From the NCBI GenBank assembly GCA_050084515.1, contig CM114271.1, positions 30,752,001-30,816,000 of the forward strand: a stretch of DNA of 64,000 nt, read 5' to 3'. Below, one piece after another: positions 27,201 to 39,199 of the stretch. The translations under genes were made by a program, and so were the position numbers. The notes beneath the pieces were generated by a model that saw only the letters and a program-made list of their open reading frames with translations, did no database searches and was not told the DNA's origin. Numbering within the stretch: position 1 is the first letter of the stretch; every line of letters starts with the position of its first letter. The stretch comes from Blasia pusilla. Lineage: Eukaryota.

Positions 27201-30200
27201 GAAGTTGGTCAAGCTCTCGTGTTAGAATACATGTTCAGCTGGAAGAAACAAGGATAATAGATTGCCAAAGTTTGTGCATTATAAGCAAATATGGTTTGTA
27301 AAGAGTGAAAATACTAAACAATTTTTTGATCGAGTATTTGATGTAATCAATAAACGATAACTTGCCGGTAAAGTATCCTCTAAGGTAAGGGAATAGGAAC
27401 GGAAATATTCCTCTTTCAATTGTTAGTTTTGAATAAGGGAATATGCCGTTTGCATCGCTAAGGAAATATTCTCTACATTGAGTACCTTCTCTTAGGAAAA
27501 CATTTCGGTTATGAAAAATGTCGTAAGCTTGCCTACGTTTCACCGGTAGAGAGTACTCCACATCTTGGAGAACAATGAATTATGTACTATAGGGGTTTGT
27601 TGTCATGCTATGTGTTTGTTCATCTTTTTCCGATGACGCCACAAGAATTGCATCAACAGAAACAGATGGCAAGATAACAAGTCCATAAGTGGGATTGGGT
27701 AACTCAATTAAGGGTATGTACTGGGAATAGAGTTCATTTATATGTAGGTTAACTAGAAGCACCTACTTGAGCCTCCTGTAGAGATAGTCTACGTCAGCTG
27801 GAGAAGGAGCTGGTAAGTTCTAGCCAACTAGAGGAAAATCAATAAGCAAGGTGACTTGAAAAAAGCCCCTATGGAATCCATTGTACTTGGTTTCTATAAC
27901 AAGCCTACAATCCACTAATGATAGTAGCTGTAAATGAGTAGGTTCCACAACAAGAACATCCCGCATATACTCAGGTGTCATGTAGATATTGTGGTCAGTT
28001 TGCCTACCATTTTTTGTACATTTTTACACACATTGAATTTTCCGGGGGATGGTATTATATATTTCATCATATACCCGTTGCATAAGGCGTAAGGAGGATA
28101 TGCATCTGTTGTAACTACAATCATGGTGGACCGACATGTATAATAGGAGGTTGCACCACAAAAGCCACAATACTCCATTTTTTTAATAAGGTCAGAGCAT
28201 CGTAGGTTCCAAGTACTTACCAGTGAAGCAATGTGTGGCCAGAGGCTGGTTACATGCTTCTATAGCACTTTATTACTGTTGAGCAACCTTATCCTGGCAT
28301 GTAATCTACATGCCTGTAATCCTCGTCGGCTTAGTAACCTCCTACCGATAGGATCTCTTACTCTAGTACATCGTGTCATGCCTTGATTTTGTGTAATTAG
28401 CCAAGGGAGTGTGGTGGACAAATATGAAGTACTATAGAAACTGGTCTTTGCAGGGCAAATGTAGTGGTGAATAGTTATCAAGAGAAAGTGTAGGTAGACG
28501 TTGGTTCAGGAGTTGTCGGCCCAGCAATCCACAAAATGGACAATAAGCAACTGGAGCTATCAAATGACATAGGAAGTGAAGCAACATAAACTTGGTTATG
28601 GATCGGTATGTTACTAACACGGATTACACAATCAGTTATTGTAGTAATGGTCGGGTAATAGTGGTTTGAATGTAAGCTCGTGACGATAATGATTATTTAG
28701 GGCTCAGATCAAACCATAACAACAGGTCGGGTGCTGTAAGTTCGTAGAGAATTACGTGCGTACATATAACTTGCGTTGTAATGAAATAATACAGCTAAGG
28801 AAATTCCGATAGAAGAAAGTGAACGCGAACCATAGCTGTGAGGATAAAATTTCTAAGCCTTTACCGCCGTGAGCAGCTCAACAACGTATAGTGCCGAGCA
28901 TGGGTGCACTCAACAGAGATCATGGCCAGTAGTGAGTTATTGTGAAAAAGGAACCAATAGTTCTCGAACATATGGTAAAATGTATGGCTGGTACAGGATG
29001 AATTTAGACACACGAAAAGTGCTCTTACCAATATAACATGAAAAAGTGTGACAAAACATCTAGGAATTATTATTGAGTAGCACTAGAGTGAAGAAGGTAG
29101 GCAACCAAATCAACACGGCAGGAGGACCAGATCTTGTGAAAGCGCAGTCGATGACATACCTGATGTGATGTCCACTAACTTGCTACGCTTCCAGTTCTCA
29201 AGTACAATGAAGTGGAATAGATATTAGTACTCAATGCGGGCATGATGCATGGCAGCAACGTGAAACTCTTGTGTGAAACGTAGCAAGATAAAAGAATACA
29301 ACAAGAACAATATGTGGGCGATCCTGTTCATGGCCGTGCTACATGAATGGCTTGATAAATAAATATGTGCAATGAAGAAGCTACTACCCCAATATGAATC
29401 AATGGATGGACGAGGTCCAAGCACTGTTTACCTTAAAAAACCTTGGCCTTATTGGTTAGGGTATGGAATGACGAGAAAAACCAGCATGCTAGAGTGTATA
29501 CTTATGCAATGCCATCCGTGTGTGAACCATGGTCAGGTGTGGCCGTGTTCTCTTGTTGCCGGAACAAATGGAAATGTTGCTACAAGGAAATCACGAAACG
29601 AATAATTGGACCCGAGAAAAATGCAAAAGCTAGAGAATCAAACATGAATAGGCATCTTTGCAAAATATATGCAACACATACCTCATTTTTGGGCAAGTAC
29701 AAGAGACAAGCATGTGTAAGGAGAACGGTATTGGTAGCCAATAGCGCAAGAGTTCTGTAAACACGGAAAACTTATGCGTAGGGAAATCCGTGGAAGGTGA
29801 AGTAGGCATTGCAAATAGAGATAGAGAAGGAAGGATTGTCGTTGCCTTGAAGTTGGCAGCAATAACCTGCACTAAAAAGTGGATAGCAACCGCGAAGAAA
29901 CGTGGCAATGTGTGAATTGTATGGGGCGCATAACTCCACACATGTTGTGACATGATGAGAGCAGATTAGGGAACAAGAGTAGGCTGGCTACGAAACCAAA
30001 AATGTTGTGTGTGCGCTCGCCTACATTGTAGCGAACCATGTAGTAGCGTGTAGTTTTGGCAAATTTTGGGATCTTGCCGGCTATACAAAGAATTTCCAAA
30101 GGCTTCTTGGCTGAGACAGGGAACCATAAATGACATAGACCAAAAGAGGCTGCCCAATGAAAAAGGACAAGCAATGAATTGCATCGTGCGATATGGCACA

Positions 30201-30835
30201 AGAATGTAGCACCTATGGCGTTGAGAAACACAAAATGTTAGATTCTCAGAGTGTCTTCTGTGGGAAGAAATTATTGCCGCAGCAATATGAGGGCAAGTTG
30301 ACAAGGGCAGTAGCCTGTGCGATGAAATACCCCTACCAAATTCAACAAAGAACAATTAGTGCAGCTCCAGAACACGACATGGTAATTGAAGAGAAAATCT
30401 TTGGAAGATTTACACGATTAGCTATAATCAGACAATTGAAGAGGTCAAATTGCAGAATAGCATTAAGATCATACAAAAGTAGAAAAGAAATTTTCCTAGC
30501 AACGGTACCACAATGAAAAAAAACCTAACTGCGGAAATGTGCCAACAAAAATTGCTACAATAGAGAATTGTGACGGTTCGGATGCCGCCAAATCACTGTA
30601 TGCCGCCATAGTCTCACGAGACACGGATAAGATACAACAAAAGACATTTTTCCACATCTCAGTGTTCACGACACATCACACAAATCTTGTTCAAATACAT
30701 GCCCGAAATGCCACGTGAATATCCTATTCGTCCACTGCAGCCAAAATCCACTTCATCTACCGCACACGAGAGCCACGTGGAGTTACAAGGTTGCCCTATT
30801 CAATTTAATCGGTGGGAGTAGGGGCCGTAATTAAA
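24250..30835 (-). mobile_element. Helitron2/Helentron-type rolling-circle transposon, degraded
   Basis: Contains the Rep-PIF1 pseudogene below. Candidate 5' terminus TTTAATTACGGCCCCTACTC at ~30835 can pair imperfectly with adjacent sequence. 3' boundary uncertain (AT-rich hairpins at 24250-24307). Confidence 0.7.
24323..28620 (-). pseudogene. RepHel transposase pseudogene (HUH Rep + PIF1 helicase), apparently intronless
   Basis: Collinear minus-strand fragments: CPFCG and CGFCG Cys motifs; ERGIFPFLFP; IPGSPSWHRMQLRDFKTMVL*WGVPELFLTLT (motif 1); YEVQGRGSLHSHIILW (HUH); NVVPYHP; YLLKYALK (YxxKY); TSPPRCGKT (Walker A, decayed); LTATTGIAA..TTLHSTF; FPFVLGYAMTEHKSQG; LVYVMLSRV; stop at ~24323. 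Confidence 0.9.
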
Positions 30836-33800
30836 TTCCTTGCAATTTCTCATCCTACTTTGGAATAATAGCTAGACCCTTAAGGTATGTCTACAATAAC
30901 ATCTTTGCATAAAAACTAAAATCTTGTAAGAATTGAAAACATTGTTTGCTCCTCATCCTTGCCTATAAATAGAAATTCTGAATTTCAGTGATTCTTCTCC
31001 CTTATCTATGTCTTTGTGACTCCATCTCATACCACTACGCATAGACTAGTAGTAGTGGATTTCAATGTTAACCCAAACATACATTTTAACTCCAAACTTT
31101 GCATTTGGCTTGTTAAGCCTCTTGTTATCTTGTGTAAGTTTCATAGATCATCTCACTACTTCTTGACTTCTCTCCTCTTTCCCAACTTGAATAAGCCCAT
31201 AAACTTGTGAATCACTTTGCCCATTCTTAACACATAAGATTCAATTATTTCCTAATGATTTATATATTCTTCTTCATTGCATCCAAGTCCTCTACATGTA
31301 CCAACTATCCGCCATCTCCTTGGTCTTGTGACTAGCTAAATCTACAATTTTCTTTTTCTTCATATCAAATTTGTTCATGCTTTTACCCTTGATCATACAT
31401 ATTGGAGACTTTAGTATTTATGTAAAGCATTTAGTTCAAAAATAGAATATAACTTTCTATATGAATGTGGTATAGATAGTGTCAATTTAAGAACCCTGAT
31501 ATTGGACCCAAATCGTATCTAATATTGTACCCTTGAAGAAATTAAAAATAATTTAAACTAATTTGTGGCATGGATTTTTGCATTCTTTTGAAACTTGTTT
31601 GATGGGGAAGGAATTTAATATGACTCTAGAAAAACAATACTAGCAGGGAGTGGAGATAGTCCAAATATCATTTAATTTGCCTCATATCTCCACTCAATCC
31701 TATGACAGAGCAAATTAAAGTAGATAACTTGCATTCTGTAGCCTCTTTAATATGAATTGAGTTAGCACCCAAAGATGACCAAAATACATAGCAACATGAG
31801 AAAGAGAATTGTATAATAAGGTCTAGTAGTAGGGGCCATAATAAAAAGTAAATACATAATTCATATGATATTATTGAGTTTCAAATGCAATGGTAACAAA
31901 CTTTCTTAAAATTAGAAATTTTCTAGCGTGAAGCAAAACCAAAAGGGGATTGTTAACTTATTAGAAATGAAGAAGAATACCTTTCTCCAAAATATATTAG
32001 ACATTCTATGTCCGAGTTCTTAAAGCCTTAAAGGACAATAAACACTAGTAAGAAATGTTGTTGTTTCTTTGTCTCTTGTGAGAAAACAAGATTCTAAACA
32101 TTTTAATCTCATATATTTTTTCATGCAAAAGAAAAAGTCAGATAATGCTATTTCGTTGGTCACAAGGAAAATTAAAGTTAGAAAATATTCTAGATACCAC
32201 GTCTTTTTTTTGGATCATGGATTTTTTTTTCCCCATAAATGAGAAAACTCATCTCTTTGGTATGCTCATCAATAAATATACTTCATCACTAGTAAGGATG
32301 AAGAAGGGATTGGTTAAGAAAAGAAAATTCTCATCTATACAAATAAGCCAACAATGTACATTCTTCTTATGAGTCTTAATACCTTGGTTTCTAATTCATG
32401 TGAAGACTACCACATTTCATCAATCTTGAGTGTTTGATTTCTTCGTTTAATGTTTATTTGATCATAAAATGAGTCATACTATGCCTATGAATTTGCAAGG
32501 GAAAAGCTTCTCAACCTTACACGTCAAAAAACTTTTCATGTAAAATTGCTAAAAGTATGTGAAAATTTACCTTGATATTTTACAATTGGATAAAATGTGG
32601 CAATAGGAGATGAAGAAGAAATTGGAGGCATTAACGAAGTTTGATGGTACCTTTAGAGGTAGGAGGAGAGACATGTACCTTGAGAGAAATAAGTTAAGAG
32701 AGACCTAGAGGCAGAGAAAGAGAGCTCAAGAGACGGAGAGACAAATGGATATAGAGTGATTCTCATCCAATTAATTTTACTCCTCTTTCTAAAAAACGTT
32801 TCTTATGGTATTTTTCACTCCTTTATAAATGCTAGAATTAAAAAATTAGTACAAACTTAGGATCTATATGTCTTTACATAGAACTTTTGATTTAGATTAA
32901 CAATGGTCTCTCTCTTGCTCATAAGTTAGCTTTATTTGAATCGCACCCATACATGTTGAATTGGAATTTCATATGAATTTCTTGAATTTTTTTTATTTTT
33001 GGATGAGAGATTAGATTGAGGAATAGGCTCTTCACTTATTTCAACGCCTTCCAATGGTGGAGATTCCATATTTATTGGTCCCTTCATGTTTTAAGAAGGC
33101 AGAAGATAAAAAATTCATAACACGATGTAAGAATGGATCTACAATCTTGGACCATTGAGTACAAACCTGTGATGATCAATTTTGAAACTCCATCCTTCTT
33201 AGAACTTATGGCGATAATACTCTCAAATCCTTCAACAACAAGACTACTCAAAGGAAATTTTGAGTATCTAACTTACTCTTCTAGGTGAGTAATAGCAAAA
33301 TTTGGTGTCTTATGCTATGTGATGAAACTCTTCACGTAAACGTCAAATTATAATTAGGCAAAAGGGGAAAAAGGCAGTCTATAAATCCTTTAAATCCTTG
33401 TCTTGTTAATTTAGTTATTCTCTAAAATTTGACAAGTGTCAAAAAACGTAGGACGTTTGAAAGGATGTGTGTCAACAATTGAGAAGGGTTTCTCTAAGCC
33501 CATCCTCTTTTAACTATGTAGATAGATTAGAGAAATACATGTGGTGACTAATGACCATCACCTACCATCTATACCTATGGGGATGGTGGGCATCTAGTGT
33601 ATCCCAAATGCATCTAGAACATGCTATTGATGATGAAGCACTTATCCTTTATAGGTCTTGTAGGCTTGTGCTCATCACCCTCAATTATGGGTTGGAGAAG
33701 TATACTCCTTGTTGCAACCCACATTGGAACATACCATGGACTATATTAGAGTTGGGTTCGAAAGGGCTTGGTACTTAATCTTGAACAATATTGGATGCAC

Positions 33801-33924
33801 AAGTTCCTGAAAAAATAATTTTTTATTCTAGCTATGCTTGTGTCGGATGGATATCTGGTTCTATGTCAATGTAAACATCAAAATGGACAGCTTCCTCCTC
33901 ACTATCAGAGAAGGAGTCCCTAAT

Positions 33925-34943
33925 TTTCACAACCCTCATAACCAAACAACACCAAATAGGTGCCAAGCGGAACTTCAAAACTCAAGTGGACTCACGCTGC
34001 GATGTTTGCGCTTTGGAGAGGCGATTGGAAAGGTCACTTGGAAAAGTCCAAGAGACAAAAGGCGGAACAAAGTTATGTGTTTCGTGCGTTAGTGGTCGCG
34101 ACCAAGAAACCTAGACCAAACGCAAGCTAAGACTTGAGATGAGTTGAGTCTTGGAAGGTTGGTTGCCAAGGAGGTGAGAACCAGTTTTGGAACACGACTA
34201 ATGTTTGGGGAATTTGATGGTGTTTTGGACTATAACTTTTAGCCCTAAGATGCGTTTGAAACAAATAAGAGTGCATTGGAAAGCTTATCTTAAGATGCTT
34301 TGGACGCACCAAAGATCGGAACAAATGCATGATTAAAGACTGAGATATTAGCCGAAAACGATTGTGAGAGCAATCGGGTTGAGGGCCAATTGGAGAGGCC
34401 CGGGTCGCTTTCCCTAAAGGTAGGGGGACCCCGGAGATCCCCAGAAGTACTAGTAAGGGAGGAGTCTCTCCAAGATATCTTGGTACACGAAAGTCTGTTC
34501 CCAAGTCTTAGAGGCACGGGATGGAACGAGAGGTTGGCGTTGGAACTCGACACCCAAACCTGATCCAAGGGAGTGGACTTTGTACGCCACACTTGGATTC
34601 CAACCCGAGATTCACTTTGTGCAAGTCTCCGGTAGGGACTCATTGGATGTCCATCAAATAGTTGGAATCGCCAGGCGCAAAACGCCGTTTGAGATTCCTG
34701 AACCGACTAGAAAGTCTGTCCCAAGTCTTTTGAGACTTGCACGTATTGTAAACCGCGAAACTAGGAAGGTTGAGCTTGATGAGAGACCGAGACGAGAACT
34801 TGGAAAGTTAGCCCACTGATTCATCCAAAATCCGACTAACCAAAGTGCGTGTTTGGATGCAGATTAGCATTGAGAGCGTGACCTAGTGAACGCACGCTTC
34901 CGCAACAACAAGATTAATGTTCAAGAAGAGTAGACGCACACCA
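33925..34943 (+). mobile_element. Solo LTR (Ty3/gypsy family), copy A
   Basis: 1019 bp, homologous end to end with 45819-46817, ends ...CACCA, flanked by 5-bp TSD CTAAT (33920-33924 and 34944-34948). Orientation taken from the PBS-linked relative at 57330. Confidence 0.88.
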
Positions 34944-35906
34944 CTAATACTTATTATCTACATCTAAGCTACAAATAAGTGACACTACTTGATTATCTCA
35001 ACCATTGAATGTCATTTCTTTCAACCTATGATTATCCATGAGAGATGGAAATTGTGCATTTTCCTCTATAACCATCTTCTTATGTGAGTGTGGTATATCA
35101 TGTTGCATCAAAAAAAGCTTAAAATATTAGCCCATATTGACATTTTGATTGTTCAATCCAGGCTTATGGAAATATATAAGAACGTGTGACCAAATAATGT
35201 GGCTTCATACAAATGTGAGAAACATATCCCAATCTATGATGACTTAAGCTTGGTCACATGTTCTCCTATCCTGCAAGATGTTCTACATTATGGTCATATC
35301 CCGATGTTCCATGCATTGTACAAATCCTCAAGCCAACAATACATTCAAGATGTTGAATTCATTCAAGATTAAACATACCATAATACGAATGGAGAGTAAT
35401 CTATACCTACTATGTTTGAACCTATTGAAAGAAGTATGTCTATTTTGGATCCTATAGAGATTGAGCTTGCTATGTAGTTTAATTGATATCAATCCACTTA
35501 CTTGTATCTAGGATCTCCAATCAATGTGAGCTTCCTTTTCAAAGTATAAACCCAAGCTAGAACATTATAGCTTGTTGGTGCATAAGTTGTTATCACCCAA
35601 GCTGCTCGCTTCGTCTAACTTACAGAATTTTCAACAACTTATCCTCCATTGCAACCTCAATTGTGGGTTGAGCTTGTAAGGATAGTTTTTGCACAATATT
35701 CAAGCTCTTATCTAAGAAACAGTGAAATCAGTTTGTCTTGAATGTATGCCCGTACCACCTTTGCCTCCAAATTCAATGGAGCTATTTTAAAAATTTATGA
35801 GCATTTACTTATCCCCTTTAGGCTATAAGTCATATAACCTTAAGTATGACCTCATTACGAGATGTAAAAAATTTATAGAAGTTACAGCCATTTAGAGTTG
35901 ACACGA

Positions 35907-35955
35907 TGTTGCGCAGAATAACATGTGAAGTGTTATTCTGCGCAACACTTCACAT
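35907..35955. repeat. Interleaved perfect inverted repeats (17 bp and 12 bp)
   Basis: TGTTGCGCAGAATAACA 35907-35923 vs its reverse complement 35931-35947; ATGTGAAGTGTT 35923-35934 vs AACACTTCACAT 35944-35955. Confidence 0.9.
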
Positions 35956-38900
35956 TATGGGTATTTTCTTGCACTCCTATGATTTAAGATATAGTAGAGG
36001 TATGGGGTGGGAGATTTACAATGAAAGATTCCACTTTGGGTCCTAAGACTAGACTAAAAGTCTTTGAGCTAGACAGAACAGTCATCAATGATGATTATGA
36101 TGTGAATAATTATCCAAATAAGTTGGCGTTTTACAATCTCATTATGTCTGTAGAGAGATGATGAAGATGGATTACTCCTTCTTGGAATATGTACTTTTTG
36201 CCCATGCCATGAGCGGAAAGGATATCTGTCATCTGCAATGATCCTACATGATTTGTGAAAAGTGCAAGATATATCTAATCATGAAGTCCACTCATGATAG
36301 GAATGCATAGAGGGAGTGTGGGAGCATATAGAGGGTTCGCATAAGAGCTTCCAATTGTTGCGGAATGAGGATTTTTACAATTCCACTTTCATAACTCAAA
36401 CTCTAGAGATAAGGCCAGAAGATAATCGGTAGTTACGAGTAGAAAGCCCCTATATGAATATCATGTATATTTAGATCCTAGATGCTTGTTTATTGTATGA
36501 ACTCATTTTCAAATTTGCATTTGATCTACAATTATATTCTTTGAAATATTGGGGTACTTTTACTATGTATATCTTTTGGTCATAAAATTAATCATGAATA
36601 GATTCTTCTTCTATTGCACATACATCAAGAGTTATAATGACTTTCATGACAACGTCCCATAAATCGCATGCTTGTTTGAGTATAAGAACAAGGCCTATGA
36701 CAAGTATATAACACACTTTAGAGGGGATATAGGATCCATGGAAATACATGGTGATAATTGGCATCATGATATCTCCAATGATGAGAAAGGGCACAAACAT
36801 GGATCATAAAATGATGGAGTTGCGCCCAAAATTTCCCTTGAGAATGACAAGATAAGGAAATTCATCCCTTATTTCTTGGATGTTTAGGACATCACTTTGA
36901 TTTAGATAGGGGTGTCTTGGACAAGGAAGAAAAAGTTCTATTATATATAGAATCCCATATGTATAATGTTATATTATCAACCATCTTATTATTTCTTAAC
37001 TTGCAAGAGGGGTTTTTGGTCTAAAAAATTGTCGTGAATGCCGTATTTTGAATCACACACAATAAAATCCTTTATGGGGCAACTATTGCACAACATAGCA
37101 AGTCTAAAACACACTAGATATTTTTTAGTATGGGGCTAAACTATGAGATTATTAATATGCTCCTAAAATCAATCCCTATATTGAGATGATACTACAAAGC
37201 TAAGACCTTGTCCATATTACAAGCTTACACATTATGATATAATGAACAAGCAAGAAAATGTTTCCTTATCAATTTTTGGTCATTTCGTGTTAATGGAATA
37301 TGTATGGATTACGATCTCTTGTGGAGTTGATGGTGTGGCATGTACTTCGTTGATCCATTGATGTCGTTGACTCGCCTACTGAACACAATTATTAACACAT
37401 ACTGTGTATGGCAAGAGGATCCATGATAATTAGGGTTTGGGCTTGCCATTGATGGTTTATCATTAGAAAAACTTATGTATTGATCACACTCAATTGATAA
37501 TTGATGTTAGTGAACAATAACATTCTTCCATATCTTATTATGACTATATAGGTATCATCTTGTATTGGCCATGATCCAATATTGCCCACAATAATATTTT
37601 TATTCTAATATTCCTTTTTTAGCTTACATGTGATATATGAGAAGTGCGTTTGACACAATGTTCAAAGCTACAAGAATTCATATGTATTGCAAGGTCAATT
37701 TTGCCTTGATACCTAGACACCTACATGGAGTCACTTGCGGAGGATTTGCTTTTATTATGTAATGGAGTGCATGCCATTCATATGTACAAAAGTCTAAGAT
37801 GTCTATAGGAGGACCGGACCAAATATTCATACTTCAAGATCGACTATTGAGGATGGTGAATAATCTTGTACATGACACATTGGGTGATACAAGTAATTTG
37901 ATTCAAATATGTATATTATGCTTTGCATTATGTTCTCGTCTTCATAATTTATCTACTCTACATACACTTTCATGTATGATTGATATTAACATTGCACTAG
38001 GGTAGAATAGGGATCTAAGTTGGACATGCAAATATGAGGAAAGTATGTATGACTAACTTAGATGCGGTATATATATTGTGGTTACCTTCAAATCATGATC
38101 TACCTTGATACAAAAAATTATCCATCTTTTGCACACGAGATGAGCTTGTACTTGGAAAGAGAGCTTTTGGATGAGATTAACATACCACTCATCATGATAT
38201 ACATGGATGAGATGGTACATGAGAACCAAATGCATTGATTGTTAAATACTCGGTGTTGAATGAAAGATTAAGTTCATGTTGTGTTTGAAAATCCTACCTT
38301 ATTGGGCTACAAGTACATTCATAGCTAGTTTTTCTCAAAAAACCATATTTTTTTGTATAAGAACGACATGCATTGGACTCCTAAATAAGCTAGATTCCTT
38401 TTTTTCCCCCCTTTGGAGGGACCATTAATCCAACACCGTAAAAAATAGATGCACATATAGGGCTATGTGACACAATTTTGATGGATCATTTAATTGGATG
38501 GAGAGACAAATATGCTTACAAAAACTTGCGTGTGGAGATGGATATGCATTTTTGAGTGGGGATGGTAGAGGAGGTCGACAACTATGACCGTAGACCCCAA
38601 ACACCATGAGTATGTACTAGAGGAGATTGGAAATTTTCCTAGGCAAGGATGCCTATTAGATATGAGGCATATCAAGTATCAACTTTACATGTCAACTTAG
38701 AGGAGGGGCTTGAAGATCCACAACAATCATTTGATTCGTGATTTATGATCTCCTTTAATTGAATAGTTGCACACAAGTTGGTCTCACTAGACGTAAGAGA
38801 GTAATTGATAATAATATATATATAATTTTTTCATACTTGAAGTATATTATCTATTTTTATGTGATGGGGATCAAAATTAAATTCCTTTCAAAAAAATGAA

Positions 38901-39199
38901 ACATATGTTTATTTAGATGGGTTTGCAGCGAGAAAATTTCCATGGTATGAGCAATTTGTTCTGTCATTATATTTATATCTTTCCCAAATCTATGGGGACA
39001 TTCTTGACAATGTGCCTATCGATTTCCATTTCCACCTTGAGCACTCCCAAATCCTCCACTTCCATGCAAAAGAGGTCAACTCGAGAATGTTTTTTGTGAC
39101 TTGGTGGTTTGCTTCCGGCCTATGTTCCATTGTCGCATAGTTCTTCCATAAACTGGATTATCCATGAAGAGTTGGAGTAAAGAGATATTTCCAGGAATA

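Noticed and set aside
34127-34819. Paired similar ORFs here and at 46040-46678
   Set aside because: They lie within solo LTRs; the similarity reflects repeat homology, and no domain is recognisable.
35000-38800. Decayed coding-like sequence (PQLWV motif at ~33680 and ~35655)
   Set aside because: Short match in stop-riddled frames with no recognisable family.
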